Assembly (NCBI RefSeq): GCF_006345805.1
Contig: NW_021824372.1
Span: forward strand, 1-19,022
Length of the DNA: 19,022 bases
Direction of reading: 5' to 3'
Origin: Octopus sinensis
Lineage: Eukaryota
Below are positions 19,011 to 19,022 of this stretch, in pieces. The translations under genes and the position numbers were made by a program. The notes under the pieces were generated by a model. It did not search any database. It was given only the letters and a program-made list of their open reading frames with translations, and was not told where the DNA came from. Each line of letters opens with the position of its first letter. The first letter of the stretch is position 1.

Positions 19011-19022
19011 GTGAGTGATTTT

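Noticed and set aside
1-19022. CRISPR arrays, operons or other prokaryotic systems
   Set aside because: The sequence is intron-containing eukaryotic DNA. Tandem repeats are microsatellites or two-unit duplications without spacers.

Overview
Repeat-rich, AT-rich eukaryotic (metazoan) genomic DNA. The SINE and microsatellite landscape resembles a cephalopod such as Octopus; this is an inference from recalled repeat families, not a search. The window holds four phase-compatible GT-AG exons of a + strand gene (10526/10549-11120, 13597-13807, 17661-17741, 18888-19010; 329 aa, continuing past the window). The product is a coiled coil followed by a motif resembling Mieap/SPATA18-like proteins. Around and inside the gene are a decayed Penelope-like element with its RT 5' part inverted, three R4/Dong-type RLE LINE remnants next to (TAA)n tracts, an RTE 3' remnant, several tRNA-derived SINEs, two MITE-like elements and many microsatellites. 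The main unannotated signal is three type I hammerhead ribozyme motifs, all on the host gene's sense strand: one with a fully intact catalytic core in intron 2 (16754-16818), a minimal degenerate one about 200 nt downstream (16984-17018), and a G8A-mutated one in the Penelope 3' region (9833-9875). Most ORFs in the supplied track are microsatellite or antisense artefacts.
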